From Phyllobates terribilis (lineage: Eukaryota), in NCBI RefSeq assembly GCF_046119375.1, contig NW_027362772.1, positions 14,136,001 through 14,200,000 on the forward strand: a DNA stretch of 64,000 nt, given 5' to 3'. Positions 49,023 through 64,000 of the stretch are shown piece by piece. The notes beneath the pieces were generated by a model that was not told the origin of the DNA, ran no database searches, and saw nothing but the letters and a program-made list of their open reading frames with translations. Position numbers and translations under genes: made by a program. Positions within the stretch are counted from its first letter, which is position 1. Every line of letters starts with the position of its first letter.

Positions 49023-52000
49023 ATTATACTCCAGAGCTGCACTCACTATTCTGCTGGTGCTGTCACTATGTACATACATTACATTACTGATCCTGAGTTA
49101 CATCCTGTATTATACTCCTGAGCTGCACTCACTATTCTGCTGGTGCAGTCACTGTGTACATACATCACATTACTGATCCTGAGTTACATCCTGTATTATA
49201 CTCCAGAGCTGCACTCACTATTCTGCTGGTGCAGTCACTGTGTACATACATTACATTATTTATCCTGAGTTACATCCTGTATTATACTCCAGAGCTGTAC
49301 TCACTATTCTGCTGGTGCAGTCACTGTGTACATACATTACATTACTGATCCTGAGTTACATCCTGTATTATACTCCAGAGCTGCGCTCACTATTCTGCTG
49401 GTGCAGTTGCTGTCTACATACGTTACATCCTGTATTATACTCCAGATCTGCACTCACTATTCTGCTGGTGCAGTCACTGTGTACGTACATGACATTACTG
49501 ATCCTGTACTGATCCTGAGTTGCATCCTGTATTATACCCCAGAGCTGCACTCACTATTCTGCTGGTGCAGTCACTGTGTACATACATTACATTACTGATC
49601 CTGAGTTACATCCTGTATTATACCCCAGAGCTGCACTCACTTTTCTGCTGGTGCAGTCATTGTGAACATACATTACATTACTGATCCTGAGTTACATCCT
49701 GTATTATACTCCAGAGCTGCACTCACTATTCTGCTGGTGCAGTTACTGTGTACATACATTACATTACTGATCCAGAGTTTCATCCTGTATCATACTCCAG
49801 AGCTGAACTCACTGTTCTGCTGGTGCAGTCACTGTGTACAAACATTACATTACTGATCCTGAGTTACATTATGTATTATTCTCCAGAGCTGCACTCACTA
49901 TTCTGCTAGTGCAGTCACTGTGTACATACATTACATTACTGATCGTGAGTTACATCCTGTATTATACTCCAGAGCTGCACTCACTATTCTGGTGGTGCAG
50001 TCACTGTGTACATACATTACATTACTGATCGTGAGTTACATCCTGTATTATACCCCAGAGCTGCACTCACTATTCTGCTGGTGCAGTCACTGTGTACATA
50101 CATTACATTACTGATCCTGAGTTACATCCTGTATTATACTCCAGAGCTGCACTCACTATTCTGCTGGTGCAGTCACTGTGTACATACATTACATTAGTGA
50201 TCCTGAGTTACATCCTGTATTATACTCCAGAGCTCCACTCACTATTCTGCTGGTGCAGTCACTGTGTACAAACATTACATTACTGATCCTGAGTTACATC
50301 ATGTATTATTCTCCAGAGCTGCACTCACTATTCTGCTAGTGCAGTCACTGTGTACATACATTACATTACTGATCCTGAGTTACATCCTGTATTATACTCC
50401 AGAGCTGCACTCTCTATTCTGGTGGTGCAGTCACTGTGTACATACATTACATTACTGATCGTGAGTTACATCCTGTATTATACCCCAGAGCTGCACTCAC
50501 TATTCTGCTGGTGCAGTCACTGTGTACATACATTACATTACTGATCCTGAGTTACATCCTGTATTATACTCCAGAGCTGCACTCACTATTCTGCTGGTGC
50601 AGTCACTGTGTACATACATTACATTACTGATCCTGAGTTACATCCTGTATTATACTCCAGAGCTGCACTCACTATTCTGCTGGTGGAGTCACTGTGTACA
50701 TTACATTACTGATCCTGTACTGATCCTGTATTATACTCCAGAGCTGCACTCACTATTCTGCTGGTGCAGTCACTGTGTACATACATTACATTACTGATCC
50801 TGTACTGATCCTGAGTTACCTCCTGTATTACACTCCAGAGCTGCACTCACTATTCTGCTGGTGCAGTCACTGTTTACATACATTACATTACTGATCCTGA
50901 GTTACATCCTGTATTATACTCCAGAGCTGCACTCACTATTCTGCTGGTGCAGTCACTGTGTACATACATTACATTACTGATCCTGAGTTTCATCCTGTAT
51001 TATACTCCAGAGCTGCACTCACTATTCTGCTAGTGCAGTCACTGTGTACATACATTACATTACTGATCCTGAGTTACATCCTGTATTATCCTCCAGAGCT
51101 GCACTCACTATTCTGCTGGTGCAGTCACTGTGTACATACATCACATTACTGATCCTGAGTTACATCCTGTATTATACTCCAGAGCTGTACTCACTATTCT
51201 GCTGGTGCAGTCACTGTGCACATACATTACATTACTGATCCTGAGTTACATCCTGTATTATACTCCGGAGCTGCGCTCACTATTCTGCTGGTGCAGTTGC
51301 TGTCTACATACGTTACATCCTGTATTATACTCCAGATCTGCACTCACTATTCTGCTGGTGCAGTCACTGTGTACATACATTACATTACTGATCCTGAGTT
51401 ACATCCTGTATTATACTCCAGAGCTGCGCTCACTATTCTGCTGGTGCAGTTGCTGTCTACATACGTTACATCCTGTATTATACTCCAGATCTGCACTCAC
51501 TATTCTGCTGGTGCAGTCACTGTGTACATACATTACATTCCTGATCCTGTACTGATCCTGAGTTGCATCCTGTATTATACTCCAGAGCTGCGCTCACTAT
51601 TCTGCTGGTGCAGTTGCTGTCTACATACGTTACATCCTGTATTATACTCCAGATCTGCACTCACTATTCTGCTGGTGCAGTCACTGTGTATGTACATGAC
51701 ATTACTGATCCTGTACTGATCCTGAGTTGCATCCTGTATTATACCCCAGAGCTGCACTCACTATTCTGCTGGTGCAGTCACTGTGTACATACATTACATT
51801 ACTGATCCTGAGTTACATCCTGTATTATACCCCAGAGCTGCACTCACTTTTCTGCTGGTGCAGTCATTGTGAACATACATTACATTACTGATCCTGAGTT
51901 ACATCCTGTATTATACTCCAGAGCTGCACTCACTATTCTGCTGGTGCAGTTACTGTGTACATACATTACATTACTGATCCCGAGTTTCATCCTGTATCAT

Positions 52001-55000
52001 ACTCCAGAGCTGAACTCACTGTTCTGCTGGTGCAGTCACTGTGTACAAACATTACATTACTGATCCTGAGTTACATCATGTATTATTCTCCAGAGCTGCA
52101 CTCACTATTCTGCTAGTGCAGTCACTGTGTACATACATTACATTACTGATCGTGAGTTACATCCTGTATTATACTCCAGAGCTGCACTCACTATTCTGGT
52201 GGTGCAGTCACTGTGTACATACATTACATTACTGATCGTGAGTTACATCCTGTATTATACCCCAGAGCTGCACTCACTATTCTGCTGGTGCAGTCACTGT
52301 GTACATACATTACATTACTGATCCTGAGTTACATCCTGTATTATACTCCAGAGCTGCACTCACTATTCTGCTGGTGCAGTCACTGTGTACATACATTACA
52401 TTAGTGATCCTGAGTTACATCCTGTATTATACTCCAGAGCTCCACTCACTATTCTGCTGGTGCAGTCACTGTGTACAAACATTACATTACTGATCCTGAG
52501 TTACATCATGTATTATTCTCCAGAGCTGCACTCACTATTCTGCTAGTGCAGTCACTGTGTACATACATTACATTACTGATCCTGAGTTACATCCTGTATT
52601 ATACTCCAGAGCTGCACTCTCTGTTCTGGTGGTGCAGTCACTGTGTACATACATTACATTACTGATCGTGAGTTACATCCTGTATTATACCCCAGAGCTG
52701 CACTCACTATTCTGCTGGTGCAGTCACTGTGTACATACATTACATTACTGATCCTGAGTTACATCCTGTATTATACTCCAGAGCTGCACTCACTATTCTG
52801 CTGGTGCAGTCACTGTGTACATACATTACATTACTGATCCTGAGTTACATCCTGTATTATACTCCAGAGCTGCACTCACTATTCTGCTGGTGGAGTCACT
52901 GTGTACATTACATTACTGATCCTGTACTGATCCTGTATTATACTCCAGAGCTGCACTCACTATTCTGCTGGTGCAGTCACTGTGTACATACATTACATTA
53001 CTGATCCTGTACTGATCCTGAGTTACCTCCTGTATTACACTCAAGAGCTGCACTCACTATTCTGCTGGTGCAGTCACTGTTTACATACATTACATTACTG
53101 ATCCTGAGTTACATCCTGTATTATACTCCAGAGCTGCACTCACTATTCTGCTGGTGCAGTCACTGTGTACATACATTACATTACTGATCCTGAGTTTCAT
53201 CCTGTATTATACTCCAGAGCTGCACTCACTATTCTGCTAGTGCAGTCACTGTGTACATACATTACATTACTGATCCTGAGTTACATCCTGTATTATCCTC
53301 CAGAGCTGCACTCACTATTCTGCTGGTGCAGTCACTGTGTACATACATCACATTACTGATCCTGAGTTACATCCTGTATTATACTCCAGAGCTGTACTCA
53401 CTATTCTGCTGGTGCAGTCACTGTGCACATACATTACATTACTGATCCTGAGTTACATCCTGTATTATACTCCGGAGCTGCGCTCACTATTCTGCTGGTG
53501 CAGTTGCTGTCTACATACGTTACATCCTGTATTATACTCCAGATCTGCACTCACTATTCTGCTGGTGCAGTCACTGTGTACATACATTACATTACTGATC
53601 CTGAGTTACATCCTGTATTATACTCCAGAGCTGCGCTCACTATTCTGCTGGTGCAGTTGCTGTCTACATACGTTACATCCTGTATTATACTCCAGATCTG
53701 CACTCACTATTCTGCTGGTGCAGTCACTGTGTACATACATTACATTACTGATCCTGAGTTACATCCTGTATTATACTCCAGAGCTGCACTCACTATTCTG
53801 CTGGTGCAGTCACTGTCTACATACATTACATTACTGATCCTGTACTGATCCTGAGTTGCATCCTGTATTATACCCCAGAGCTGCACTCACTATTCTGCTG
53901 GTGCAGTCACTGTGTACATACATTACATTACTGATCCTGAGTTACATCCTGTATTATACCCCAGAGCTGCACTCACTATTCTGCTGGTGCAGTCATTGTG
54001 AACATACATTACATTACTGATCCTGAGTTACATCCTGTATTATACTCCAGAGCTGCACTCACTATTCTGCTGGTGCAGTCACTGTGTACATACATTACAT
54101 TACTGATCCTGAGTTTCATCCTGTATCATACTCCAGAGCTGAACTCACTATTCTGCTGGTGCAGTCACTGTGTACATACATTACATTACTGATCCTGAGT
54201 TACATCATGTATTATTCTCCAGAGCTGCACTCACTATTCTGCTAGTGCAGTCACTGTGTACATACATTACATTACTGATCCTGAGTTACATCCTGTATTA
54301 TACTCCAGAGCTGCACTCACTATTCTGCTGGTGCAGTCACTGTGTACATACATTACATTACTGATCGAGAGTTACATCCTGTATTATACCCCAGAGCTGC
54401 ACTCACTATTCTGCTGGTGCAGTCACTGTGTACATACATTACATTACTGATCCTGAATTACATCCTGTATTATACTCCAGAGCTGCACTCACTATTCTGC
54501 TGGTGCAGTCACTGTGTACATACATCACATTACTGATCCCGAGTTATATCCTGTAATATACTCCAGAGCTGCACTCACTAGTCTGCAGGTGGAGTCACTG
54601 TGTACATACATTACATTACTGATCCTGAGTTACATCATATATTATTCTCCAGAGCTGCACTCACTATTCTGCTAGTGCAGTCACTGTGTACATACATTAC
54701 ATTACTGATCCTGAGTTACATCCTGTATTATACTCCAGAGCTGCACTCACTATTCTGCTGGTGCAGTCACTGTGTACATACATTACATTACTGATCGAGA
54801 GTTACATCCTGTATTATACCCCAGAGCTGCACTCACTATTCTGCTGGTGCAGTCACTGTGTACATACATTACATTACTGATCCTGAGTTACATCCTGTAT
54901 TATACTCCAGAGCTGCACTCACTATTCTGCTGGTGCAGTCACTGTGTACATACATCACATTACTGATCCCGAGTTATATCCTGTATTATACTCCAGAGCT

Positions 55001-58000
55001 GCACTCACTAGTCTGCAGGTGGAGTCACTGTGTACATACATTACATTACTAATCCTGAGTTACATCCTGTATTATACTCCAGAGCTGCACTCACTATTCT
55101 GCTGATGGAGTCACTGTGTACATTACATTACTGATCCTGTACTGATCCTGTATTATACTCCAGAGCTGCACTCACTATTCTGCTGGTGCAGTCACTGTGT
55201 ACATACATTACATTATTGATCCTGTACTGATCCTGAGTTACCTCCTGTATTATACTCCAGAGCTGCACTCTCTATTCTGCTGGTGCAGTCACTGTGCACA
55301 TACATTACATTACTGATCCTGAGTTACGTCCAGTATTATACTCCAGAGCTGCACTCACTATTCTGCTGGTGCAGTCACTGTGTACATACATTACATTACT
55401 GATCCTGAGTTACATCCTGTATTATACTCCAGAGCTGCACTCACTATTCTGCTGGTGCAGTCACTGTGTACTTACATTACATTACTAATCCTGAGTTACA
55501 TCCTGTATTATCCTCCAGAGCTGCACTCACTATTCTGCAGGTGCAGTCACTGTGTACATACATTACATTACTGATCCTCAGTTACATCCTGTATTATACT
55601 CCAGAGCTCCACTCACTATTCTGCTGGTTGAGTCACTGTGTACATATATTACATTACTGATCCTGAGTTACATCATGTATTATACTCCAGAGCTGCACTC
55701 ACTATTCTGCTGGTGCAGTCACTGTGTACATACATTACATTACTGATCCTGAGTTACATCCTGTATTATTCTCCAGAGCTGCACTCACTATTCTGCTGGT
55801 GCAGTCACTGTGCACATACATTACATTACTGATCCTGAGTTACATACTGTATTACACTCCAGAGCTGCACTCACTATTCTGCTGGTGCAGTCACTGTGTA
55901 CATACTTTACATTACTGATCCTCAGTTACCTCCTGTATTATACTCCAGAGCTGCACTCACTATTCTGCTGGTGCAGTCACTGTGTACATACATTACATTA
56001 CTGATCCTCAGTTACCTCCTGTATTATACTCCAGAGCTGCACTCACTATTCTGCTGGTGCAGTCACTGTGTACATACATTACATTACTGATCCTCAGTTA
56101 CATCCTGTATTATACTCCAGAGCTGCACTCACTATTCTGCTGGTGCAGTCACTGTGTACATACATTACATTACTGATCCTGAGTTACATCCTGTATTAAT
56201 CTCCAGAGCTGCACTCACTATTCTGCTGGTGCAGTCACTGTGTACATACATTACATTACTGATCCTGAGTTACATCCTGTATTATACTCCTGAGCTGCAC
56301 TCACTATTCTGCTGGTGCAGTCACTGTGTACATACATCACATTACTGATCCTGAGTTACATCCTGTATTATACTCCAGAGCTGTACTCACTATTCTGCTG
56401 GTGCAGTCACTGTGCACATACATTACATTACTGATCCTGAGTTACATCCTGTATTATACTCCAGCTGCGCTCACTATTCTGCTGGTGCAGTTGCTGTCTA
56501 CATACGTTACATCCTGTATTGTACTCCAGATCTGCACTCACTATTCTGCTGGTGCAGTCACTGTGTACATACATTACATTACTGATCCTGAGTTACATCC
56601 TGTATTATACTCCAGAGCTGCTCTCACTATTCTGCTGGTGCAGTTGCTGTCTACATACGTTACATCCTGTATTATACTCCAGATCTGCACTCACTATTCT
56701 GCTGGTGCAGTCACTGTGAACAAACATTACATTACTGATACTGAGTTACATCCTGTATTATACTCCAGAGCTGCACTCACTATTCTGCTGGTGCAGTCAC
56801 TGTGTACATACATTACATTACTGATCCTGAGTTTCATCCTGTATCATACTCCAGAGCTGAACTCACTATTCTGCTGGTGCAGTCACTGTGTACATACATT
56901 ACATTACTGATCCTGAGTTACATCATATATTATTCTCCAGAGCTGCACTCACTATTCTGCTAGTGCAGTCACTGTGTACATACATTACATTACTGATCCT
57001 GAGTTACATCCTGTATTATACTCCAGAGCTGCACTCACTATTCTGCTGGTGCAGTCACTGTGTACATACATTACATTACTGATCGTGAGTTACATCCTGT
57101 ATTATACTCCAGAGCTGCACTCACTATTCTGCTGGTGCAGTCACTGTGTACATACATCACATTACTGATCCCGAGTTACATCCTGTATTATACTCCAGAG
57201 CTGCACTCACTAGTCTGCAGGTGGAGTCACTGTGTACATACATTACATTACTAATCCTGAGTTACATCCTGTATTATACTCCAGAGCTGCACTCACTATT
57301 CTGCTGGTGGAGTCACTGTGTACATTACATTACTGATCCTGTACTGATCCTGTATTATACTCCAGAGCTGCACTCACTATTCTGCTGGTGCAGTCACTGT
57401 GTACATACATTACATTCTTGATCCTGTACTGATCCTGAGTTACCTCCTGTATTATACTCCAGAGCTGCACTCTCTATTCTGCTGGTGCAGTCACTGTGCA
57501 CATACATTACATTACTGATCCTGAGTTACATCCAGTATTATACTCCAGAGCTGCACTCACTATTCTGCTGGTGCAGTCACTGTGTATATACATTACATTA
57601 CTGATCCTGAGTTACATCCTGTATTATACTCCAGAGCTGCACTCACTATTCTGCTGGTGCAGTCACTGTGTACATACATTACATTACTAATCCTGAGTTA
57701 CATCCTGTATTATCCTCCAGAGCTGCACTCACTATTCTGCTGGTGCAGTCACTGTGTACATACATTACATTACTGATCCTCAGTTACATCCTGTATTATA
57801 CTCCAGAGCTGCACTCACTATTCTGCTGGTGCAGTCACTGTGTACATACATTACATTACTGATCCTGAGTTACATCCTGTATTAATCTCCAGAGCTGCAC
57901 TCACTATTCTGCTGGTGCAGTCACTGTGTACATACATTACATTACTGATCCTGAGTTACATCCTGTATTATACTCCTGAGCTGCACTCACTATTCTGCTG

Positions 58001-61000
58001 GTGCAGTCACTGTGTACATACATCACATTACTGATCCTGAGTTACATCCTGTATTATACTCCAGAGCTGTACTCACTATTCTGCTGGTGCAGTCACTGTG
58101 CACATACATTACATTACTGATCCTGAGTTACATCCTGTATTATACTCCAGAGCTGCTCTCACTATTCTGCTGGTGCAGTTGCTGTCTACATACGTTACAT
58201 CCTGTATTATACTCCAGATCTGCACTCACTATTCTGCTGGTGCAGTCACTGTGAACAAACATTACATTACTGATACTGAGTTACATCCTGTATTATACTC
58301 CAGAGCTGCACTCACTATTCTGCTGGTGCAGTCACTGTGTACATACATTACATTACTGATCCTGAGTTTCATCCTGTATCATACTCCAGAGCTGAACTCA
58401 CTATTCTGCTGGTGCAGTCACTGTGTACATACATTACATTACTGATCCTGAGTTACATCATATATTATTCTCCAGAGCTGCACTCACTATTCTGCTAGTG
58501 CAGTCACTGTGTACATACATTACATTACTGATCCTGAGTTACATCCTGTATTATACTCCAGAGCTGCACTCACTATTCTGCTGGTGCAGTCACTGTGTAC
58601 ATACATTACATTACTGATCGTGAGTTACATCCTGTATTATACTCCAGAGCTGCACTCACTATTCTGCTGGTGCAGTCACTGTGTACATACATCACATTAC
58701 TGATCCCGAGTTACATCCTGTATTATACTCCAGAGCTGCACTCACTAGTCTGCAGGTGGAGTCACTGTGTACATACATTACATTACTAATCCTGAGTTAC
58801 ATCCTGTATTATACTCCAGAGCTGCACTCACTATTCTGCTGGTGGAGTCACTGTGTACATTACATTACTGATCCTGTACTGATCCTGTATTATACTCCAG
58901 AGCTGCACTCACTATTCTGCTGGTGCAGTCACTGTGTACATACATTACATTCTTGATCCTGTACTGATCCTGAGTTACCTCCTGTATTATACTCCAGAGC
59001 TGCACTCTCTATTCTGCTGGTGCAGTCACTGTGCACATACATTACATTACTGATCCTGAGTTACATCCAGTATTATACTCCAGAGCTGCACTCACTATTC
59101 TGCTGGTGCAGTCACTGTGTATATACATTACATTACTGATCCTGAGTTACATCCTGTATTATACTCCAGAGCTGCACTCACTATTCTGCTGGTGCAGTCA
59201 CTGTGTACATACATTACATTACTAATCCTGAGTTACATCCTGTATTATCCTCCAGAGCTGCACTCACTATTCTGCTGGTGCAGTCACTGTGTACATACAT
59301 TACATTACTGATCCTCAGTTACATCCTGTATTATACTCCAGAGCTGCACTCACTATTCTGCTGGTGCAGTCACTGTGTACATACATTACATTACTGATCC
59401 TGAGTTACATCCTGTATTAATCTCCAGAGCTGCACTCACTATTCTGCTGGTGCAGTCACTGTGTACATACATTACATTACTGATCCTGAGTTACATCCTG
59501 TATTATACTCCTGAGCTGCACTCACTATTCTGCTGGTGCAGTCACTGTGTACATACATCACATTACTGATCCTGAGTTACATCCTGTATTATACTCCAGA
59601 GCTGTACTCACTATTCTGCTGGTGCAGTCACTGTGCACATACATTACATTACTGATCCTGAGTTACATCCTGTATTATACTCCAGAGCTGCGCTCACTAT
59701 TCTGCTGGTGCAGTTGCTGTCTACATACGTTACATCCTGTATTGTACTCCAGATCTGCACTCACTATTCTGCTGGTGCAGTCACTGTGTACATACATTAC
59801 ATTACTGATCCTGAGTTACATCCTGTATTATACTCCAGAGCTGCTCTCACTATTCTGCTGGTGCAGTTGCTGTCTACATACGTTACATCCTGTATTATAC
59901 TCCAGATCTGCACTCACTATTCTGCTGGTGCAGTCACTGTGAACAAACATTACATTACTGATACTGAGTTACATCCTGTATTATACTCCAGAGCTGCACT
60001 CACTATTCTGCTGGTGCAGTCACTGTGTACATACATTACATTACTGATCCTGAGTTTCATCCTGTATCATACTCCAGAGCTGAACTCACTATTCTGCTGG
60101 TGCAGTCACTGTGTACATACATTACATTACTGATCCTGAGTTACATCATATATTATTCTCCAGAGCTGCACTCACTATTCTGCTAGTGCAGTCACTGTGT
60201 ACATACATTACATTACTGATCCTGAGTTACATCCTGTATTATACTCCAGAGCTGCACTCACTATTCTGCTGGTGCAGTCACTGTGTACATACATTACATT
60301 ACTGATCGTGAGTTACATCCTGTATTATACCCCAGAGCTGCACTCACTATTCTGCTGGTGCAGTCACTGTGTACATACATTACATTACTGATCCTGAGTT
60401 ACATCCTGTATTATACTCCAGAGCTGCACTCACTAGTCTGCAGGTGGAGTCACTGTGTACATACATTACATTACTAATCCTGAGTTACATCCTGTATTAT
60501 ACTCCAGAGCTGCACTCACTATTCTGCTGGTGGAGTCACTGTGTACATTACATTACTGATCCTGTACTGATCCTGTATTATACTCCAGAGCTGCACTCAC
60601 TATTCTGCTGGTGCAGTCACTGTGTACATACATTACATTCTTGATCCTGTACTGATCCTGAGTTACCTCCTGTATTATACTCCAGAGCTGCACTCTCTAT
60701 TCTGCTGGTGCAGTCACTGTGCACATACATTACATTACTGATCCTGAGTTACATCCAGTATTATACTCCAGAGCTGCACTCACTATTCTGCTGGTGCAGT
60801 CACTGTGTATATACATTACATTACTGATCCTGAGTTACATCCTGTATTATACTCCAGAGCTGCACTCACTATTCTGCTGGTGCAGTCACTGTGTACATAC
60901 ATTACATTACTAATCCTGAGTTACATCCTGTATTATCCTCCAGAGCTGCACTCACTATTCTGCTGGTGCAGTCACTGTGTACATACATTACATTACTGAT

Positions 61001-64000
61001 CCTCAGTTACATCCTGTATTATACTCCAGAGCAGCACTCACTATTCTGCTGGTTGAGTCACTGTGTACATATATTACATTACTGATCCTGAGTTACATCC
61101 TGTATTATACTCCAGAGCTGCACTCACTATTCTGCTGGTGCAGTCACTGTGTACATACATTACATTACTGATCCTGAGTTACATCCTGTATTATACTCCA
61201 GAGCTGAACTCACTATTCTGCTGGTGCAGTCACTGTGTACATACATTACATTACTGATCCTGAGTTACATCCTGTATTATACTCCAGAGCTACACTCACT
61301 ATTCTGCTGGTGCAGTCACTGTGTACATACATTACATTACTGATCCTGAGTTACATCCTGTATTATACTCCAGAGCTGTACTCACTATTCTGCTGGTGCA
61401 GTCACTGTGCACATACATTACATTACTGATCCTGAGTTACATCCTGTATTATACTCCAGAGCTGCGCTCACTATTCTGCTGGTGCAGTTGCTGTCTACAT
61501 ACGTTACATCCTGTATTGTACTCCAGATCTGCACTCACTATTCTGCTGGTGCAGTCACTGTGTACATACATTACATTACTGATCCTGAGTTACATCCTGT
61601 ATTATACTCCAGAGCTGCTCTCACTATTCTGCTGGTGCAGTTGCTGTCTACATACGTTACATCCTGTATTATACTCCAGATCTGCACTCACTATTCTGCT
61701 GGTGCAGTCACTGTGAACAAACATTACATTACTGATCCTGAGTTACATCCTGTTTTATACTCCAGAGCTGCACTCACTATTCTGCTGGTGCAGTCACTGT
61801 GTACATACATTACATTACTGATCGTGAGTTACATCCTGTATTATACCCCAGAGCTGCACTCACTATTCTGCTGGTGCAGTCACTGTGTACATACATTACA
61901 TTACTGATCCTGAGTTACATCCTGTATTATACTCCAGAGCTGCACTCACTAGTCTGCAGGTGGAGTCACTGTGTACATACATTACATTACTAATCCTGAG
62001 TTACATCCTGTATTATACTCCAGAGCTGCACTCACTATTCTGCTGGTGGAGTCACTGTGTACATTACATTACTGATCCTGTACTGATCCTGTATTATACT
62101 CCAGAGCTGCACTCACTATTCTGCTGGTGCAGTCACTGTGTACATACATTACATTCTTGATCCTGTACTGATCCTGAGTTACCTCCTGTATTATACTCCA
62201 GAGCTGCACTCTCTATTCTGCTGGTGCAGTCACTGTGCACATACATTACATTACTGATCCTGAGTTACATCCAGTATTATACTCCAGAGCTGCACTCACT
62301 ATTCTGCTGGTGCAGTCACTGTGTATATACATTACATTACTGATCCTGAGTTACATCCTGTATTATACTCCAGAGCTGCACTCACTATTCTGCTGGTGCA
62401 GTCACTGTGTACATACATTACATTACTAATCCTGAGTTACATCCTGTATTATCCTCCAGAGCTGCACTCACTATTCTGCTGGTGCAGTCACTGTGTACAT
62501 ACATTACATTACTGATCCTCAGTTACATCCTGTATTATACTCCAGAGCAGCACTCACTATTCTGCTGGTTGAGTCACTGTGTACATATATTACATTACTG
62601 ATCCTGAGTTACATCCTGTATTATACTCCAGAGCTGCACTCACTATTCTGCTGGTGCAGTCACTGTGTACATACATTACATTACTGATCCTGAGTTACAT
62701 CCTGTATTATACTCCAGAGCTGAACTCACTATTCTGCTGGTGCAGTCACTGTGTACATACATTACATTACTGATCCTGAGTTACATCCTGTATTATACTC
62801 CAGAGCTACACTCACTATTCTGCTGGTGCAGTCACTGTGTACATACATTACATTACTGATCCTGAGTTACATCCTGTATTATACTCCAGAGCTACACTCA
62901 CTATTCTGCTGGTGCAGTCACTGTGTACATACATTACATTACTGATCCTGAGTTACATCCTGTATTATACTCCAGAGCTACACTCACTATTCTGCTGGTG
63001 CAGTCACTGTGCACATACATTACATTACTGATCCTGAGTTACATACTGTATTATACTCCAGAGCTGCACTCACTATTCTGCTGGTGCAGTCACTGTGCAC
63101 ATACATTACATTACTGATCCTGAGTTACATACTGTATTACACTCCAGAGCTGCACTCACTATTCTGCTGGTGCAGTCACTGTGTACATACTTTACATTAC
63201 TGATCCTCAGTTACCTCCTGTATTATACTCCAGAGCTGCACTCACTATTCTGCTGGTGCAGTCACTGTGTACATACATTACATTACTGATCCTCAGTTAC
63301 CTCCTGTATTATACTCCAGAGCTGCACTCACTATTCTGCTGGTGCAGTCACTGTGTACATACATTACATTACTGATCCTCAGTTACATCCTGTATTATAC
63401 TCCAGAGCTGCACTCACTATTCTGCTGGTGCAGTCACTGTGTATATACATTACATTACTGATCCTGAGTTACATCCTGTATTATACTCCAGAGCTGCACT
63501 CACTATTCTGCTGGTGCAGTCACTGTGTACATACATTACATTACTGATCCTGAGTTTCATCCTATATTATACTCCAGAGCTGCACTCACTATTCTGCTGG
63601 TGCAGTCACTGTGTACATACATTACATTACTGATCCTGAGTTACATCCTGTATTATACTCCAGAGCTGCACTCACTATTCTGCTGGTGCAGTCACTGTGT
63701 ACATACATTACATTACTGATCCTGAGTTACATCCTGTATTATTCTCCAGAGCTGCACTCACTATTCTGCTGGTGCAGTCACTGTGTACATACATTACATT
63801 ACTGATCCTCAGTTACCTCCTGTATTATACTCCAGAGCTGCACTCACTATTCTGCTGGTGCAGTCACTGTGTACATACATTACATTACTGATCCTGAGTT
63901 ACATCCTGTATTATACTCCGGAGCTGCACTCACTATTCTGCTGGTACAGTCACTGTGTGCATACATTACTGATCCTGAGTTACATCCTGTATTATACCCC
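49022..64000. repeat. 86-bp satellite array (at least 15 kb, about 174 units) in an ATP4A intron, with higher-order structure
   Basis: Same unit as 13465-15231. Diagnostic variant units recur at offsets of 2207, 1535, 1688 and 1516 bp. Confidence 0.97.

Noticed and set aside
49154-63891. More than 100 near-identical 64-aa ORFs ([14 protein letters not shown]...), also at 13528-15184
   Set aside because: Artefact of the 86-bp period; no splice or promoter context; they lie inside introns of real genes.

Overview
Vertebrate genomic DNA. The gene set and repeat types suggest an anuran amphibian (inference). Four spliced genes can be rebuilt exon by exon with canonical GT-AG sites. Three are complete on +: a CTRC-like pancreatic protease (12266-15687, 8 exons, 269 aa), a CELA2A-like elastase (35644-40818, 8 exons, 269 aa) and TMEM147 (41746-46317, 7 exons, 225 aa). 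The fourth is the last six exons of the gastric H+/K+-ATPase alpha gene ATP4A (46939-48542, - strand). More than half of the window is tandem repeat: a 44-bp satellite (1-11982), 86-bp arrays (13465-15231 and 49022-64000, the latter with higher-order structure) and 41-, 71-, 32- and 52-bp arrays. Between the two protease genes is a nested transposon pile: two solo LTRs, a defective hAT, and a Tc1 split by a solo LTR and a Penelope-like retroelement (PLE). The PLE has 1.17-kb inverted terminal repeats carrying minimal hammerhead ribozymes, and a hAT MITE sits inside it. Most notable: the PLE and its hammerheads (one core intact, one core-mutated, one relic nearby), a minisatellite built from the CELA2A exon-1 splice donor, a minisatellite born from the Tc1 transposase 3' end, and inverted pairs of the 86-bp satellite core that suggest a MITE origin. 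All coordinates, copy numbers and identities were read by eye; no alignment or database search was run.
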